From Treponemataceae bacterium (GTDB lineage Bacteria; Spirochaetota; Spirochaetia; Treponematales; Rectinemataceae), in assembly GCA_963678065.2 (NCBI GenBank), contig CAXXVZ010000003.1, positions 1,344,001 to 1,408,000 of the forward strand: 64,000 nt of DNA. The letters run 5' to 3'. The translations under genes were made by a program, and so were the position numbers. The notes under the pieces are model-generated. The model had not been told where the DNA came from and did no database searches. It saw only the letters and a list, made by a program, of their open reading frames with translations. Positions 27,458 through 36,844 of the stretch are shown piece by piece; position 1 is the stretch's first letter; the number at the start of each line of letters is the position of its first letter.

Positions 27458-29353
27458 ATGAGCATTCTACTCATGGCACCATACCCGGAGTTATATAAGC
27501 AGGCCCGGGAGGTCATTGCCCGCAACAAGGTGGATGTCGTCGTCGAACAAGGCGATTTGGGAAACGGATTGACGCGGGCGCTCGAGGTCACCGAGGCCAA
27601 CAACATAGATATCGTAATCAGCCGCGGCGGAACGGCCTCACTCTTGAGAAAGCACCTGAACAGGATCGTGATCGAAATTCCGGTGACGGGATACGATCTC
27701 CTGCGCGCCATCTATCCGCATTTTGTCGCGGGCAAGAGAATCGCCGTAGTCGGATACCAGAACATAATATATGGGGTTCAGAGTATCGCTGCGATCCTGA
27801 ACGCCGATCTCGGGATCTTCACGGTCACACAGTCGTCGGTCATGGAGGAGGTCATCGCCGACGTCCTCAAGTGGGGCGCTGAAGTGATCGTCGGAGACGC
27901 CGTCTCCACGGCTCTGGGAAAGGGCAAGGGCGTCACCGTCGAGCTCATCAAGTCGGGCGAGGAGGCGATCGAGAACGCGATCCAGAACGCGATCCAGGTG
28001 CATGATCAGATCATCGAGAAGATAGCGACCCTCAAGCGCATGAACTCGATATTCGAACATTCACAGAACGGTATTATATACATAGATTCTGCAGGGGAGA
28101 TCAAACAGCTGAATGAAGGCGCCTTGGTCTGCCTCAAAATAAGCGCGGATCAGCTTCTGCACAAGAAAGTCGGCGAGTCTTGCCTCCCGGACGCGATAAA
28201 AAGAATCCTGGGCAGGAAAGGTGGAGCAAACGACGGAGCTGTCGTAAAGCTCGGGACGGAAACCGTATATGTCAAGACGATAGGCATCGATGTGGGCAAG
28301 CGGAACGAAGAGACGATCGTATTCATCCACGATACCGGGAAGATCCAGAAACTCGAGGCCCAAATCAGAAAAGAACTATCTGAAAAAGGTCTGCAGGCCC
28401 ACTATTCATTTGAGACGATGATCACCGGCGATCCGATCAATAAAGTTACGATAAATAAGGCAAAGCAATATAGCCTTACGGATTCGACTGTATTGTTGCT
28501 TGGAGAGACCGGGACCGGGAAGGAGTTCTTCGCGCAAAGCATACACAATCACTCTGCACGGAAGAACGGACCCTTCGTAGCCGTGAATTGCGCAGCCCTG
28601 CCCGACACCCTCCTGGAAAGCGAGTTGTTCGGATACATAGAAGGAGCCTTCACCGGCGCAAACAAGGGAGGGAGGAAGGGGCTGTTCGAGCTGGCCCATC
28701 TGGGAACGATCTTCCTCGACGAGATAAACGAGATGAACACGAACCTTCAGGCGCGCTTCCTCCGTGTCCTGCAGGAAAAAGAGATCATGCGGATAGGTGA
28801 CAACAAAGTGATCAGCATCGACGTGCGAGTCATCGCGGCGACGAACAAGGACCTCTACAGGGAAGTACAGAATGGACGATTTCGAAGCGACTTGTACTAT
28901 CGCATAAAGGTATTGGACATCGAGATACTGCCTTTGCGGAAGCGACCGCTGGACATTTATCCGCTCTTCCAGAACTTCATCCATTATTACGCGGAGAAAC
29001 ATGGCTATTCGATGCCCGCGCACACGGAGGAGCAGTTCGTTGAATCGCTTGCCAGGTACTCCTGGCCGGGGAACATACGGGAGCTGAAGAATTTCTCGGA
29101 AAAATTCGTCATCCTGTCTTCGGGCGGCAGCCCGCCCAAGGGACTCATCGAAGAATTATTGGCAAACGAGCGCGAGGAAAGAATAGACGCTCCCGGCGAG
29201 CTGCAAGCTTCCGCAAATATGCCGCTAGAAGAGAAGGAACTCGAGTATATACGCGCTGTAATGCTGGACGCGAACTACAACATCAGCCACGCGTCGCGGA
29301 TCTTGGGAATAAGCCGCGGCACCCTCCGCCGGAAGCTGAACTCAAAGGTTTAG
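27458..29353 (+). CDS. PrpR-like sigma54-dependent transcriptional activator (PrpR_N, PAS-like, AAA+, Fis HTH)
   Basis: ISRGGTA, GETGTGKE, ESELFGYIEGAFTGA, GTIFLDEI, FRSDLYYR, WPGNIREL, LGISRGTLRRKL. Confidence 0.93.
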   Translation: MSILLMAPYPELYKQAREVIARNKVDVVVEQGDLGNGLTRALEVTEANNIDIVISRGGTASLLRKHLNRIVIEIPVTGYDLLRAIYPHFVAGKRIAVVGYQNIIYGVQSIAAILNADLGIFTVTQSSVMEEVIADVLKWGAEVIVGDAVSTALGKGKGVTVELIKSGEEAIENAIQNAIQVHDQIIEKIATLKRMNSIFEHSQNGIIYIDSAGEIKQLNEGALVCLKISADQLLHKKVGESCLPDAIKRILGRKGGANDGAVVKLGTETVYVKTIGIDVGKRNEETIVFIHDTGKIQKLEAQIRKELSEKGLQAHYSFETMITGDPINKVTINKAKQYSLTDSTVLLLGETGTGKEFFAQSIHNHSARKNGPFVAVNCAALPDTLLESELFGYIEGAFTGANKGGRKGLFELAHLGTIFLDEINEMNTNLQARFLRVLQEKEIMRIGDNKVISIDVRVIAATNKDLYREVQNGRFRSDLYYRIKVLDIEILPLRKRPLDIYPLFQNFIHYYAEKHGYSMPAHTEEQFVESLARYSWPGNIRELKNFSEKFVILSSGGSPPKGLIEELLANEREERIDAPGELQASANMPLEEKELEYIRAVMLDANYNISHASRILGISRGTLRRKLNSKV

Positions 29354-29467
29354 AATCGCGGACCCGATTTCTATACGCACAGATAAAGTTCAGTGGCGAC
29401 GGGGAAAAGCGTAAACGGAAGTGCTTCCTCCGCACCGCGCCGATTCTCTCAGGATCCACCGACCTCG

Positions 29468-30253
29468 TCAGACCTGCCGTATCTCCACGTCGTGCTCCGC
29501 GATGGCCGCGATCTCTTCCTGGGCAGAGCTCTTGTTGGTGATGAGGACATCGACCCCATCGATGCCGACGATGTGGGAGAAGCTGACCCGCCCGATCTTG
29601 GAGTAATCGGCGACCACGATGGTCCTGTTCACCCGCGCTATCATCTGGCGGTTCAGTTCGGCTTCCATGTGATGGTAGGTCGTGACGCCCCCCGCCGCGC
29701 TGACGCCGTCCGAGGACAGGATGAGTTTGTCGCACTTGTATTTGCTGAGCTGATTTATCGCGTCGTCCCCGTAGGTGAACTGGTACTGCGGGTTGAGATT
29801 CCCGCCGAGGAAGATCAGGTCGATATTCTGGCAATGCCTGACTTCCTGCGCGATGTACAGCGAGTTGGTCAGGATGGTCAGGTTCCTGAGCGCCCGGAGC
29901 TCCTGCCCCACGAAGAGCGTCGTCGTGCCGGAACCGAGAATGATCGTGTCCCCGTCCGAGACGAGCGAGGCGGCCTCGACGGCGACCTGGCGTTTTTCGG
30001 GTTCGTTCGTCTTGAGCCGATCCGTGTAGGCCATCGTGTAGTAGGATTTGTAGGTGCTCACCGCGCCGCCGTGCACCCGCTCGAGGAGACCTTCTGTCTC
30101 AAGGGCGGCAAGATCATTTCTGATCGTGACGACGGAGGTTCCGAACTGCCGGCTCAAGTCCGCGACGAGGACTTTCCCGTCCCTGTTGATCGTATCGAGA
30201 ATAGCCTTGCGCCGATCCACCATGATCAACTCATCCACCTTGACTTCGGACAT
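29468..30253 (-). CDS. DeoR/GlpR-family transcriptional regulator
   Basis: SVVTIRNDLAALE, RVHGGA, GSGTTT, ILTNSL, VADYSK. GGAGGG RBS. Confidence 0.92.
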   Translation of the reverse strand: MSEVKVDELIMVDRRKAILDTINRDGKVLVADLSRQFGTSVVTIRNDLAALETEGLLERVHGGAVSTYKSYYTMAYTDRLKTNEPEKRQVAVEAASLVSDGDTIILGSGTTTLFVGQELRALRNLTILTNSLYIAQEVRHCQNIDLIFLGGNLNPQYQFTYGDDAINQLSKYKCDKLILSSDGVSAAGGVTTYHHMEAELNRQMIARVNRTIVVADYSKIGRVSFSHIVGIDGVDVLITNKSSAQEEIAAIAEHDVEIRQV

Positions 30254-30423
30254 TGGGTCCCTCCGTGTCGCCATTCACTCCACGTCCATCCAGCGCTTTT
30301 CCTGGTCGGATCGATAGGCGGTTTCCATCACGGATTGTACATAGATGCCCTCTTCGAAAGAAGGGCTCGCCGGTCTGTCCGACACTTCACCGCGTTGAAA
30401 TGCGGCTGGATATTGCTTCTTCT

Positions 30424-30502
30424 TTTCAATGTATTTCTTTTATAATTTATATTATTTCTTATTGCTTTCGTTTAACGTAGCATGTTAGTATTATTCTGTC
30501 AA
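30424..30502 (-). promoter_or_regulatory. Promoter of the DeoR gene with phased TTTC-type repeats (candidate DeoR operator)
   Basis: Minus strand TTGACA-17-TACGTT with TG extension (30474-30502). TTTC at 30424, 30434, 30455, 30466 (about 10.5 nt spacing). Confidence 0.55.
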
Positions 30503-30562
30503 CATTCGAAGATGGCGCATCGGTCCCGGCATCACTGTCGCCAGCTTTAGGAAACGACCGGC

Positions 30563-32854
30563 ATGATTCGCTCCACGGACGCCACAGCCCTGAGCCCCGC
30601 CGAAATGGAGCGGGCGCGAAAGAACTACTACCTCTTCGCCTTCTTCAATACGCTGTCGTTCCAGTTTCTCACGGGAAATATACTCACGCTCTACGCCCTG
30701 AAGATCGGTGCGGGAAACTCGTTTCTCGGCATCCTGTCGGCTTTTCTGTACCTCTCGTTTTTTTTCATGTTCGCGGGTCGCGCTCTGGTGAACCGGATGG
30801 GCGCCGTCAGGATCATGACGGCTTTTTTCTTCATTCGGTGCGTGGCGATGATTCCCATGCTGGCCGGCCCCTTCCTCGTCGCAAGCGGACAAAGCGCCGT
30901 GGCGCTCGCACTCACGGCCGCGAGCGCCGCGGTCTTCAACGTGGCGAGGGGGATAGCCGTCGTCGGTGACAGCCCCATCCTCTCCGAAATCGGCGGGGAC
31001 AAAACCAGAGGCGTTTTTCTGAGCAGGGTCCAGGTAATAGCCCAGACCGCAGCGATCTTTTCGGGCTTCGTGATCGCCTTCTTCCTCGGCAGGAACGCGC
31101 CAGTCTTCCGCTACGTCGCGATCATCGGCTCCGGGGTGGTCCTGGGATGTGCGAGCTCCATCTTCATCTCCCGGCTTCCGGAACCGCGCTCCTGCGCCGA
31201 GGGGATGTCGGGGAGCCTGCGCTCGAGCTTCGCGAAGGCCCTGAAATCCAGGAAAACGGCGCTGTTCTTCGCCTCGATTTTCCTCGTCTACCTGATAATC
31301 GCCATGACCGGCTCGTTTCTGCTTGTGTATTTCAAGACAGTACACGGCCTGGCCGACAGTCGTCTCGCCCTGCTCGCGAGCCTCGCGAATGTCGGTGCGC
31401 TCTGCATGGCGATACTGAGCGGCTTCACCCTGGACAGGCTCGGATCGAAACCCCTGTATTTCGCTTTCGCGGTCGTCACCACGCTTTCCCTCATCCCCGC
31501 GGTCCTCTGTCCAAGCCTTCGTGGAGGACTTCTGGCCTCGCTCGTCGCCGGGTTCATGTTCTTCCTGTACGGTATGGGAACCGCGGGCATGGGCAACGCG
31601 GGGCAGAATTATTTCCTCGGCATGACGCCTCCGAAGGACAGACTGAATTTCGGCATCATCTTCTACCTCCTCGTCGGGGCCGGTGGAACGGTGGGCTCGC
31701 TCGCGGGGGGATGGTTTCTCGATCGGCTGCTCGCGATCCCCGGCCTCAGCGCGCCAGGGGCTTTCCGGATTTTTTTCTCGCTCGCGATCGTTCTGCTTCT
31801 GGCGGCGGCGGCGATCATGATCAGGCTGACGAGCGGGGACGCCTATTCGCTCGGCGAGGCCATCCGTTTCATGCTGTCCCCGAAAGATATGCGGGCGCTG
31901 GCCCTCCTCCGGCGACTCGAGAATCCCCGGACCTTCAGCGAGGAGGGCAAAGCGATCGAGGCGCTCGGAGAGCAGTTCTCGGCCTTGGCCGTGGGGGAGC
32001 TTCTTAGCAAGGTGAGATCGCCCAGCCTGCAGACACGGACCCTCGCGCTAAAGGCTCTGAGGGACGCCCCGATGGGCGGGGAAGTCGAAAGGATGCTCAT
32101 CGCCGAGCTGAAAGATCATCCCGGCACCACGGGCCATCTGGCAGCAGAAATCATCGGGAATCGCCGGATAGTCGAGGGTATCCCGCAGCTCAGGGTGGCG
32201 ATGCGAAGCGACGATACCCTTCTCGCAGGGACGAGCATGGTGTCGCTGGCACATCTCGGAGATGGGAAATCTCTCGCAAAGATGGAGGCGATTCTTGGAG
32301 AAACGGAGAATCCCCGGCTGCTCGAACGCGCGATCGCGGCCGCGAGAATTTACGGGCGGGCCTCGTCGGTGCCGATCCTTCTTGGCCGATTGTCCGAGCC
32401 TTCTGATTCCTGCATCCGGGACGAGATCGTGCTCGCCCTCTCGTCGATGGCGGGAGTATTCGATTGGTTCTACCCGAAATACTCCGGCTTCACCGAGCAC
32501 GGAGAGCTCGGCGTCGCACAGCTGAAGGATTGCGTGGAGGAGAGGATCGGGAATTCTTCGTCCGAACTGAAGTCCAGGCTTCTGGAGATCGCAGAAGCCC
32601 CCTTGAAAGATCCGTCGCTCTTCTCCGCCATCGTCAGTCCGCTCCTGGCGGACAGGCTCCTGGCGGATAGGCTCCTTGCGGGCAGACTCCTTGCGGACAC
32701 GCAGCTCGCGGCGAGGTCCATCCGGGTCGGCGGCGAGGATATCGCGCCCGCGCTGCTGCAGGCGCTCGGCGACCGCGACCTGCGACTCGCGGAACTCGAC
32801 CGATTCCGTTTCCTCTGCGCCGCCCTGATCATCTCGGCGCAGTGCGCGCCTTAG
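30563..32854 (+). CDS. MFS transporter with C-terminal HEAT-repeat-like cytoplasmic domain
   Basis: About 12 TM helices with LVNRMG and LDRLGSK loop motifs in the first ~430 aa, then helical repeats (AIEALGE, ALKALRD, AAEIIGN, MVSLAHLGD). Confidence 0.8.
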   Translation: MIRSTDATALSPAEMERARKNYYLFAFFNTLSFQFLTGNILTLYALKIGAGNSFLGILSAFLYLSFFFMFAGRALVNRMGAVRIMTAFFFIRCVAMIPMLAGPFLVASGQSAVALALTAASAAVFNVARGIAVVGDSPILSEIGGDKTRGVFLSRVQVIAQTAAIFSGFVIAFFLGRNAPVFRYVAIIGSGVVLGCASSIFISRLPEPRSCAEGMSGSLRSSFAKALKSRKTALFFASIFLVYLIIAMTGSFLLVYFKTVHGLADSRLALLASLANVGALCMAILSGFTLDRLGSKPLYFAFAVVTTLSLIPAVLCPSLRGGLLASLVAGFMFFLYGMGTAGMGNAGQNYFLGMTPPKDRLNFGIIFYLLVGAGGTVGSLAGGWFLDRLLAIPGLSAPGAFRIFFSLAIVLLLAAAAIMIRLTSGDAYSLGEAIRFMLSPKDMRALALLRRLENPRTFSEEGKAIEALGEQFSALAVGELLSKVRSPSLQTRTLALKALRDAPMGGEVERMLIAELKDHPGTTGHLAAEIIGNRRIVEGIPQLRVAMRSDDTLLAGTSMVSLAHLGDGKSLAKMEAILGETENPRLLERAIAAARIYGRASSVPILLGRLSEPSDSCIRDEIVLALSSMAGVFDWFYPKYSGFTEHGELGVAQLKDCVEERIGNSSSELKSRLLEIAEAPLKDPSLFSAIVSPLLADRLLADRLLAGRLLADTQLAARSIRVGGEDIAPALLQALGDRDLRLAELDRFRFLCAALIISAQCAP
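32641..32700 (+). repeat. 15-bp tandem repeat x4 in frame (LLADR-LLADR-LLAGR-LLADT)
   Basis: GCTCCTGGCGGACAG GCTCCTGGCGGATAG GCTCCTTGCGGGCAG ACTCCTTGCGGACAC. Confidence 0.9.
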
Positions 32855-33957
32855 TATCGCCCGTACCTGTCAACCAGCTCGGGCAGCATCGCGATCCTCG
32901 CGAAGGGGGCATCCGGGGGAACCTGATCCCCCGCTGCCATCAGAAGCCTCGGGGACGAAAGCCGCGTATCGAGCCAGCGTCTGACGCATTCTATGAACTG
33001 AGCGTCGCTTCCCGTCGAACCGAAAATCGTCGCAGGGATTCCGCCCGACAGGATGAGACCCGGACCGGCCTGTGCGCGCATCCGGGCCGGCGAGAGCGAG
33101 AACATGGGCTCGGGCGTCAGGGCGTCGGCGCAATCCACGCCGCACTCGGCCAGCCAGCCGAGCGCGCCCCGGCTCTCCCCGTCGACGTGCACCGCGAGAT
33201 ATTTTCCCGCCGCGTGGAGTCTGTCCGCGACCGCCGTGTAGTAGCCGCGCACGTACTCGTCGAAGAAGGCCTTGGTCTGCACGTTGCTGTCGTAGTTGTC
33301 GCTGATGATAAGGGTCTCGAAGGGGCCGTCGATGATGGCCTCGAGGATGCGGAGATTGCACTCGTTCACCGTGCAGACGAATCGCGCAACCCGTTCGGGC
33401 TCGTCCTGGATCGCGAAGACAGTCGCCTCGACGCCCATATAGCGGGACACGAGGTAGCCCGAACCGGAATAGGGCAGCTGGGCGTAGGGATAGGCGAGGT
33501 CGCCGAGAGCCTCGCACCAGGCCCGCAAGTGTTCCCACCTGGGGCGGCAGCGGAGTCGCTCCATGAGGTATTCGACGATCGGAAAATCATCGGTGGACTC
33601 GAGTAGGTACTTCCGGATTCCGTACGAGTAGCTCGCCGGATTGAAAACCCTCTCCTCGTGCAACGAGCCAAGGGGCGTCCGGATCGAGTAGGTGAAGACG
33701 CCGCCCTCGGTGCGCGACTCGATCCGGACATCCGGGTCGTCGGAGTACAGCGAATAGAAGCTCCCCATCTCGCAATAGCAGACCGCGCCGATCTCCCTGT
33801 GGAGCTCCGCGAGGCCCGGCTCCGGGCGGGAAAAGCCCGAGAGATCGAAGGGTACGTTCCTGTTTTTCTTGTACCAGTGGGAGAGATCCAGCATGAGGGG
33901 AACCTTGTCGGGGACGCGCCCGCCGTATACGGCGCGGACTCTCTCATTCGGCTTCAC
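32851..33957 (-). CDS. Uroporphyrinogen decarboxylase/methyltransferase (URO-D) superfamily protein
   Basis: GTG start with AAGGAGG RBS. ERVRAVYGGRVPDKVP, RTPLGSL, ISDNYDS, FFDEYV, VHVDGE, LSGGIP, DQVPPDAP. Confidence 0.8.
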   Translation of the reverse strand: MKPNERVRAVYGGRVPDKVPLMLDLSHWYKKNRNVPFDLSGFSRPEPGLAELHREIGAVCYCEMGSFYSLYSDDPDVRIESRTEGGVFTYSIRTPLGSLHEERVFNPASYSYGIRKYLLESTDDFPIVEYLMERLRCRPRWEHLRAWCEALGDLAYPYAQLPYSGSGYLVSRYMGVEATVFAIQDEPERVARFVCTVNECNLRILEAIIDGPFETLIISDNYDSNVQTKAFFDEYVRGYYTAVADRLHAAGKYLAVHVDGESRGALGWLAECGVDCADALTPEPMFSLSPARMRAQAGPGLILSGGIPATIFGSTGSDAQFIECVRRWLDTRLSSPRLLMAAGDQVPPDAPFARIAMLPELVDRYGRY

Positions 33958-34972
33958 GATCACCCTCCTTCCTTGGCGTACCAGTTGTCCCTGGCATCCC
34001 TCCGAGTGTCCCTCCGGGCTTCCCTCCGGGTGTCCCCGGCATCCACTCAGGCCAGGTTTCCGAGAGCCAGGTTCCGAGACGCTCGAAGGCGTCCACTCCC
34101 GCTCCCCCGTAGGGTGAAATGAGATCGAGAGGAAAATCGGGATCGGTGAACCTCGAGTAGAGCTTGTCGTAGGCGCCGTCCATGTGGGCGCCCTCCCCTG
34201 CCACCGTTTCCAGGATCCTGCCGCGGATCGAGTACAGCTCGCGGACCATGCTCTGGAGGGTTTTGACATCTCTCCGGCGCCCTGCCTCGAAGAAAGCGCG
34301 GGCACGGCCGGGATTGAGCGCGCCTATCGACACGAGGAGGCCGCAGTCTTTCCCGAGGAGACTGGCCACCGCGTAATCGAGCTCGGTGACGAAGTGGCAG
34401 AGGAGAGGGGCTTCCCCGAAGAGCGCGAGGAGCGAAGCGGCAGAGTGTCCTCCCGATTTCGTCGCGACGAGATTGGGGTGCTCGGCCGCGATCCGGGCAT
34501 ACTCGCGCCCGGTCACGATCCTTCCTGCGCGGATAGTGTTGTAGTGGAGAAATTTCGCCTCGGGATAGGGATCGAGGACCTCGCGGAAAAAGCGGCCGAG
34601 CTCCCGGTCGGTGAGCGTTCCCCAGGGGGGCAGGGAGATCTGGAAATCCCGGAAACCCAGCTCGAGGCCGAGCTCGATCCGCGCCCGGATCTGGGGCACG
34701 GACATGGCGATCACGCCGAGCTGGCGGATCCCCGTATGGCCGCGCGTCGCGTCGCAGAAAACGGAGGCGACGTCGCGGAACATCTCGTCGGTGAGCGCGT
34801 ACCCCTCGCCGGCGGTGCCGAAAATGTACAGATTCTCCGCGCCCGCGGAGTAAAGGAGAGAGACCGCGCGGCGAAACCGCCCTTCATCGAAACCGCCGCC
34901 CTCCCGGATGGGGAGGCAGACGGTGGCCAGCATGGCGGGCCTTATCCTGGCAACGGGATTCTCTTCATCCAT
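33944..34972 (-). CDS. Divergent DapA/NanA-family class I aldolase
   Basis: YIFGTAGEGYAL, LHYN, VATKS. GGAGG RBS. Confidence 0.8.
   Translation of the reverse strand: MDEENPVARIRPAMLATVCLPIREGGGFDEGRFRRAVSLLYSAGAENLYIFGTAGEGYALTDEMFRDVASVFCDATRGHTGIRQLGVIAMSVPQIRARIELGLELGFRDFQISLPPWGTLTDRELGRFFREVLDPYPEAKFLHYNTIRAGRIVTGREYARIAAEHPNLVATKSGGHSAASLLALFGEAPLLCHFVTELDYAVASLLGKDCGLLVSIGALNPGRARAFFEAGRRRDVKTLQSMVRELYSIRGRILETVAGEGAHMDGAYDKLYSRFTDPDFPLDLISPYGGAGVDAFERLGTWLSETWPEWMPGTPGGKPGGTLGGMPGTTGTPRKEGDREAE
33986..34044. repeat. Imperfect 12-bp tandem repeat encoding a low-complexity C-terminal tail
   Basis: TCCCTCCGAGTG TCCCTCCGGGCT TCCCTCCGGGTG flanked by TGTCCCYGGCATCC copies. Confidence 0.7.
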
Positions 34973-35004
34973 CGGCATCCTCCATCTCAAGGCCCTGATA
35001 CGGA

Positions 35005-35454
35005 CTAGACGGCGACCTTCACGACGACCTTGAGAACCTGGGTCGGGCTCCCCGCGGTCATGCAGGGCATGTGCGCGTCAGCGGGGAAGAACACGGCGAA
35101 CATCCCCGCGCGCAGGGTCAGATGGTCGCCGGCCCCGGCGAAGAGCTCGCAATCGCCCTCCGCGGTGTAGGGCTTCGTCGTCCTGAGAGTCCCGATGGGG
35201 GCGTAGCCCACGGTCTCGATCCCCTGCGCCAGAAACTGTACGTCGATGTAGCGGCGATGCGCCTCCCAGACACAGGTATCCCCGGGCTTCGTCTCGTAGC
35301 GCTGAACCAGGGCGAATACTCGCTCGCCGTCGATATCGTGGCGTCCTGACGCCATAGCCGGGAAGTCCGCCGCCGCAAGAAAATCGAAGGCCCGGCGCAA
35401 GCTGTCGCCTGAGGCCGCGTAGACAGCGTCGTTATCGAGCAGATCGACAATCAT
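35005..35454 (-). CDS. YhcH/YjgK/YiaL-family protein (NanQ-like sugar anomerase family)
   Basis: GRHDIDGERVFA, WEAHRRYIDVQ, FAVFFPADAHMP, KVVVKV. Confidence 0.9.
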   Translation of the reverse strand: MIVDLLDNDAVYAASGDSLRRAFDFLAAADFPAMASGRHDIDGERVFALVQRYETKPGDTCVWEAHRRYIDVQFLAQGIETVGYAPIGTLRTTKPYTAEGDCELFAGAGDHLTLRAGMFAVFFPADAHMPCMTAGSPTQVLKVVVKVAV

Positions 35455-35469
35455 CTTTTCCCCTCCCCT

Positions 35470-36795
35470 TCACCGCGTCTTGTACAGAAGATCGACAGCC
35501 GCGTCGACGATTTGTTCGCCGGCCGCGCCGGACAGGAGCGAGGTGCCCGCCTCGTAGCCCCCTTGAGCGTAGGCGCGGGCGGTGCAGGCGTACCCAGGCA
35601 GGCAGCCGTTGGCCAACTCGGCGACGAAGACGGACTCGAAGGGCGCCCGGTACTGTATCGTGATGCCGAGTTCCACGAAGAGCTCTCCCGGAACGCCGAC
35701 GATGCGCGCGTCGCCGATCCCGATCACCTGTATCTCCGCTGGCATTTCGTCGTCCAGGAGGTGGAGGCTCTCCCCCTTCTCCTTCAGGAGAAGGTAGCCC
35801 AGGGTATCTTCGGCGCCCAGAAGGCGGAGCTCTGCGTTCCAGATATCGCGCTCCACCGCGCTCGTGGCCTTGATCGACTCCCACTCCGAGCGCGCGGCGG
35901 CGACATGTCTCTCGGCTTCCCCGCGCGGCGGCAGAGCGCGCAGCTCGAGATCGATCTCGGTGGAGACGCACAGGAGGGAGAGGTCGCCGCGATATTCGAG
36001 GCCTGAGAGGACTCGGTCGGCCTCGGCGCCGATCGCGCGGCCGACTCGAATCGCCTCGTCGTAGGTCTTTCCGCTGCGGAAGTAGCGGGGGCTCTGGTTC
36101 CCCGAGGGCCCTTGGGCGAACATGAAGACCATGTCCGGATTCTTCTCGGCGAAATACGCGCGGATGCAGCCCGGATAATCCGCGGAGACCTGGAAATTGT
36201 CGGAGTGGAGGAAGGTCGGATGGAGGGTGTATTTCACGAGGCAGCCGCGCAGGTTTCCCGACGCGTCCTTCACGCCCAGCGTCCAGACTTCGGGGTCGGC
36301 GATCTCGTTCGGGTTTCTCCTGTTCCCGCCCACGCCCTGCTCTCTCCCGCAGAATCCGGCTCCGACGCCGAGCGCCGCGTCGAATTTTTTCTCCCAGGCC
36401 TCGGCCACGAGGCGGACAAGCTTGCCCCGCAGTTCCGCCATGTACGCGGCGTCGGGCTCTAGTCCCTGTTCGAGCGCCTCGAGATCGAGCCTGCCGGAGG
36501 TCCAGGGCCCCGAGTGGGTGTGGGAGCAGAGGATCATGATGTTGCGCGCCGGGATGCCGGTGAGGAGAGAAGCCTCCTCGCGAAGGGCGCGCACTGCCGT
36601 CTTGGAGTACATGAGGAGATCCATGGAGATTATCGCGAGTTTCGTGGAGCCATCGTCGAGGCAGACACAGCCGGCGTACAGGGGATCGTGGATTCCTGTG
36701 TTGTGGCGCGGATGGTGCGGATAGCCGGCGAGCTCGATGCCCGGCCCCGGAGAAATATCGACAATCGCCACACCCGCCTTCAATCCATTTTTCAT
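35470..36795 (-). CDS. Neutral/alkaline ceramidase-like amidohydrolase
   Basis: AGVAIVDISP, LAGY, HDPLYA, SHTHSGP, LHPT, SADYPG, QGPSGNQSP, PGELFVELG, GGYE. GGAGGAG RBS. Confidence 0.85.
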   Translation of the reverse strand: MKNGLKAGVAIVDISPGPGIELAGYPHHPRHNTGIHDPLYAGCVCLDDGSTKLAIISMDLLMYSKTAVRALREEASLLTGIPARNIMILCSHTHSGPWTSGRLDLEALEQGLEPDAAYMAELRGKLVRLVAEAWEKKFDAALGVGAGFCGREQGVGGNRRNPNEIADPEVWTLGVKDASGNLRGCLVKYTLHPTFLHSDNFQVSADYPGCIRAYFAEKNPDMVFMFAQGPSGNQSPRYFRSGKTYDEAIRVGRAIGAEADRVLSGLEYRGDLSLLCVSTEIDLELRALPPRGEAERHVAAARSEWESIKATSAVERDIWNAELRLLGAEDTLGYLLLKEKGESLHLLDDEMPAEIQVIGIGDARIVGVPGELFVELGITIQYRAPFESVFVAELANGCLPGYACTARAYAQGGYEAGTSLLSGAAGEQIVDAAVDLLYKTR

Positions 36796-36844
36796 GATCG
36801 CTCCTCCATGCTCAGGTCCGCGCGTATCTCGGGTATCGCGGGTT

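Noticed and set aside
32641..34044. Tandem repeats as a possible CRISPR array
   Set aside because: Units are 12-15 bp, contiguous, in frame, with no spacers and no cas genes.
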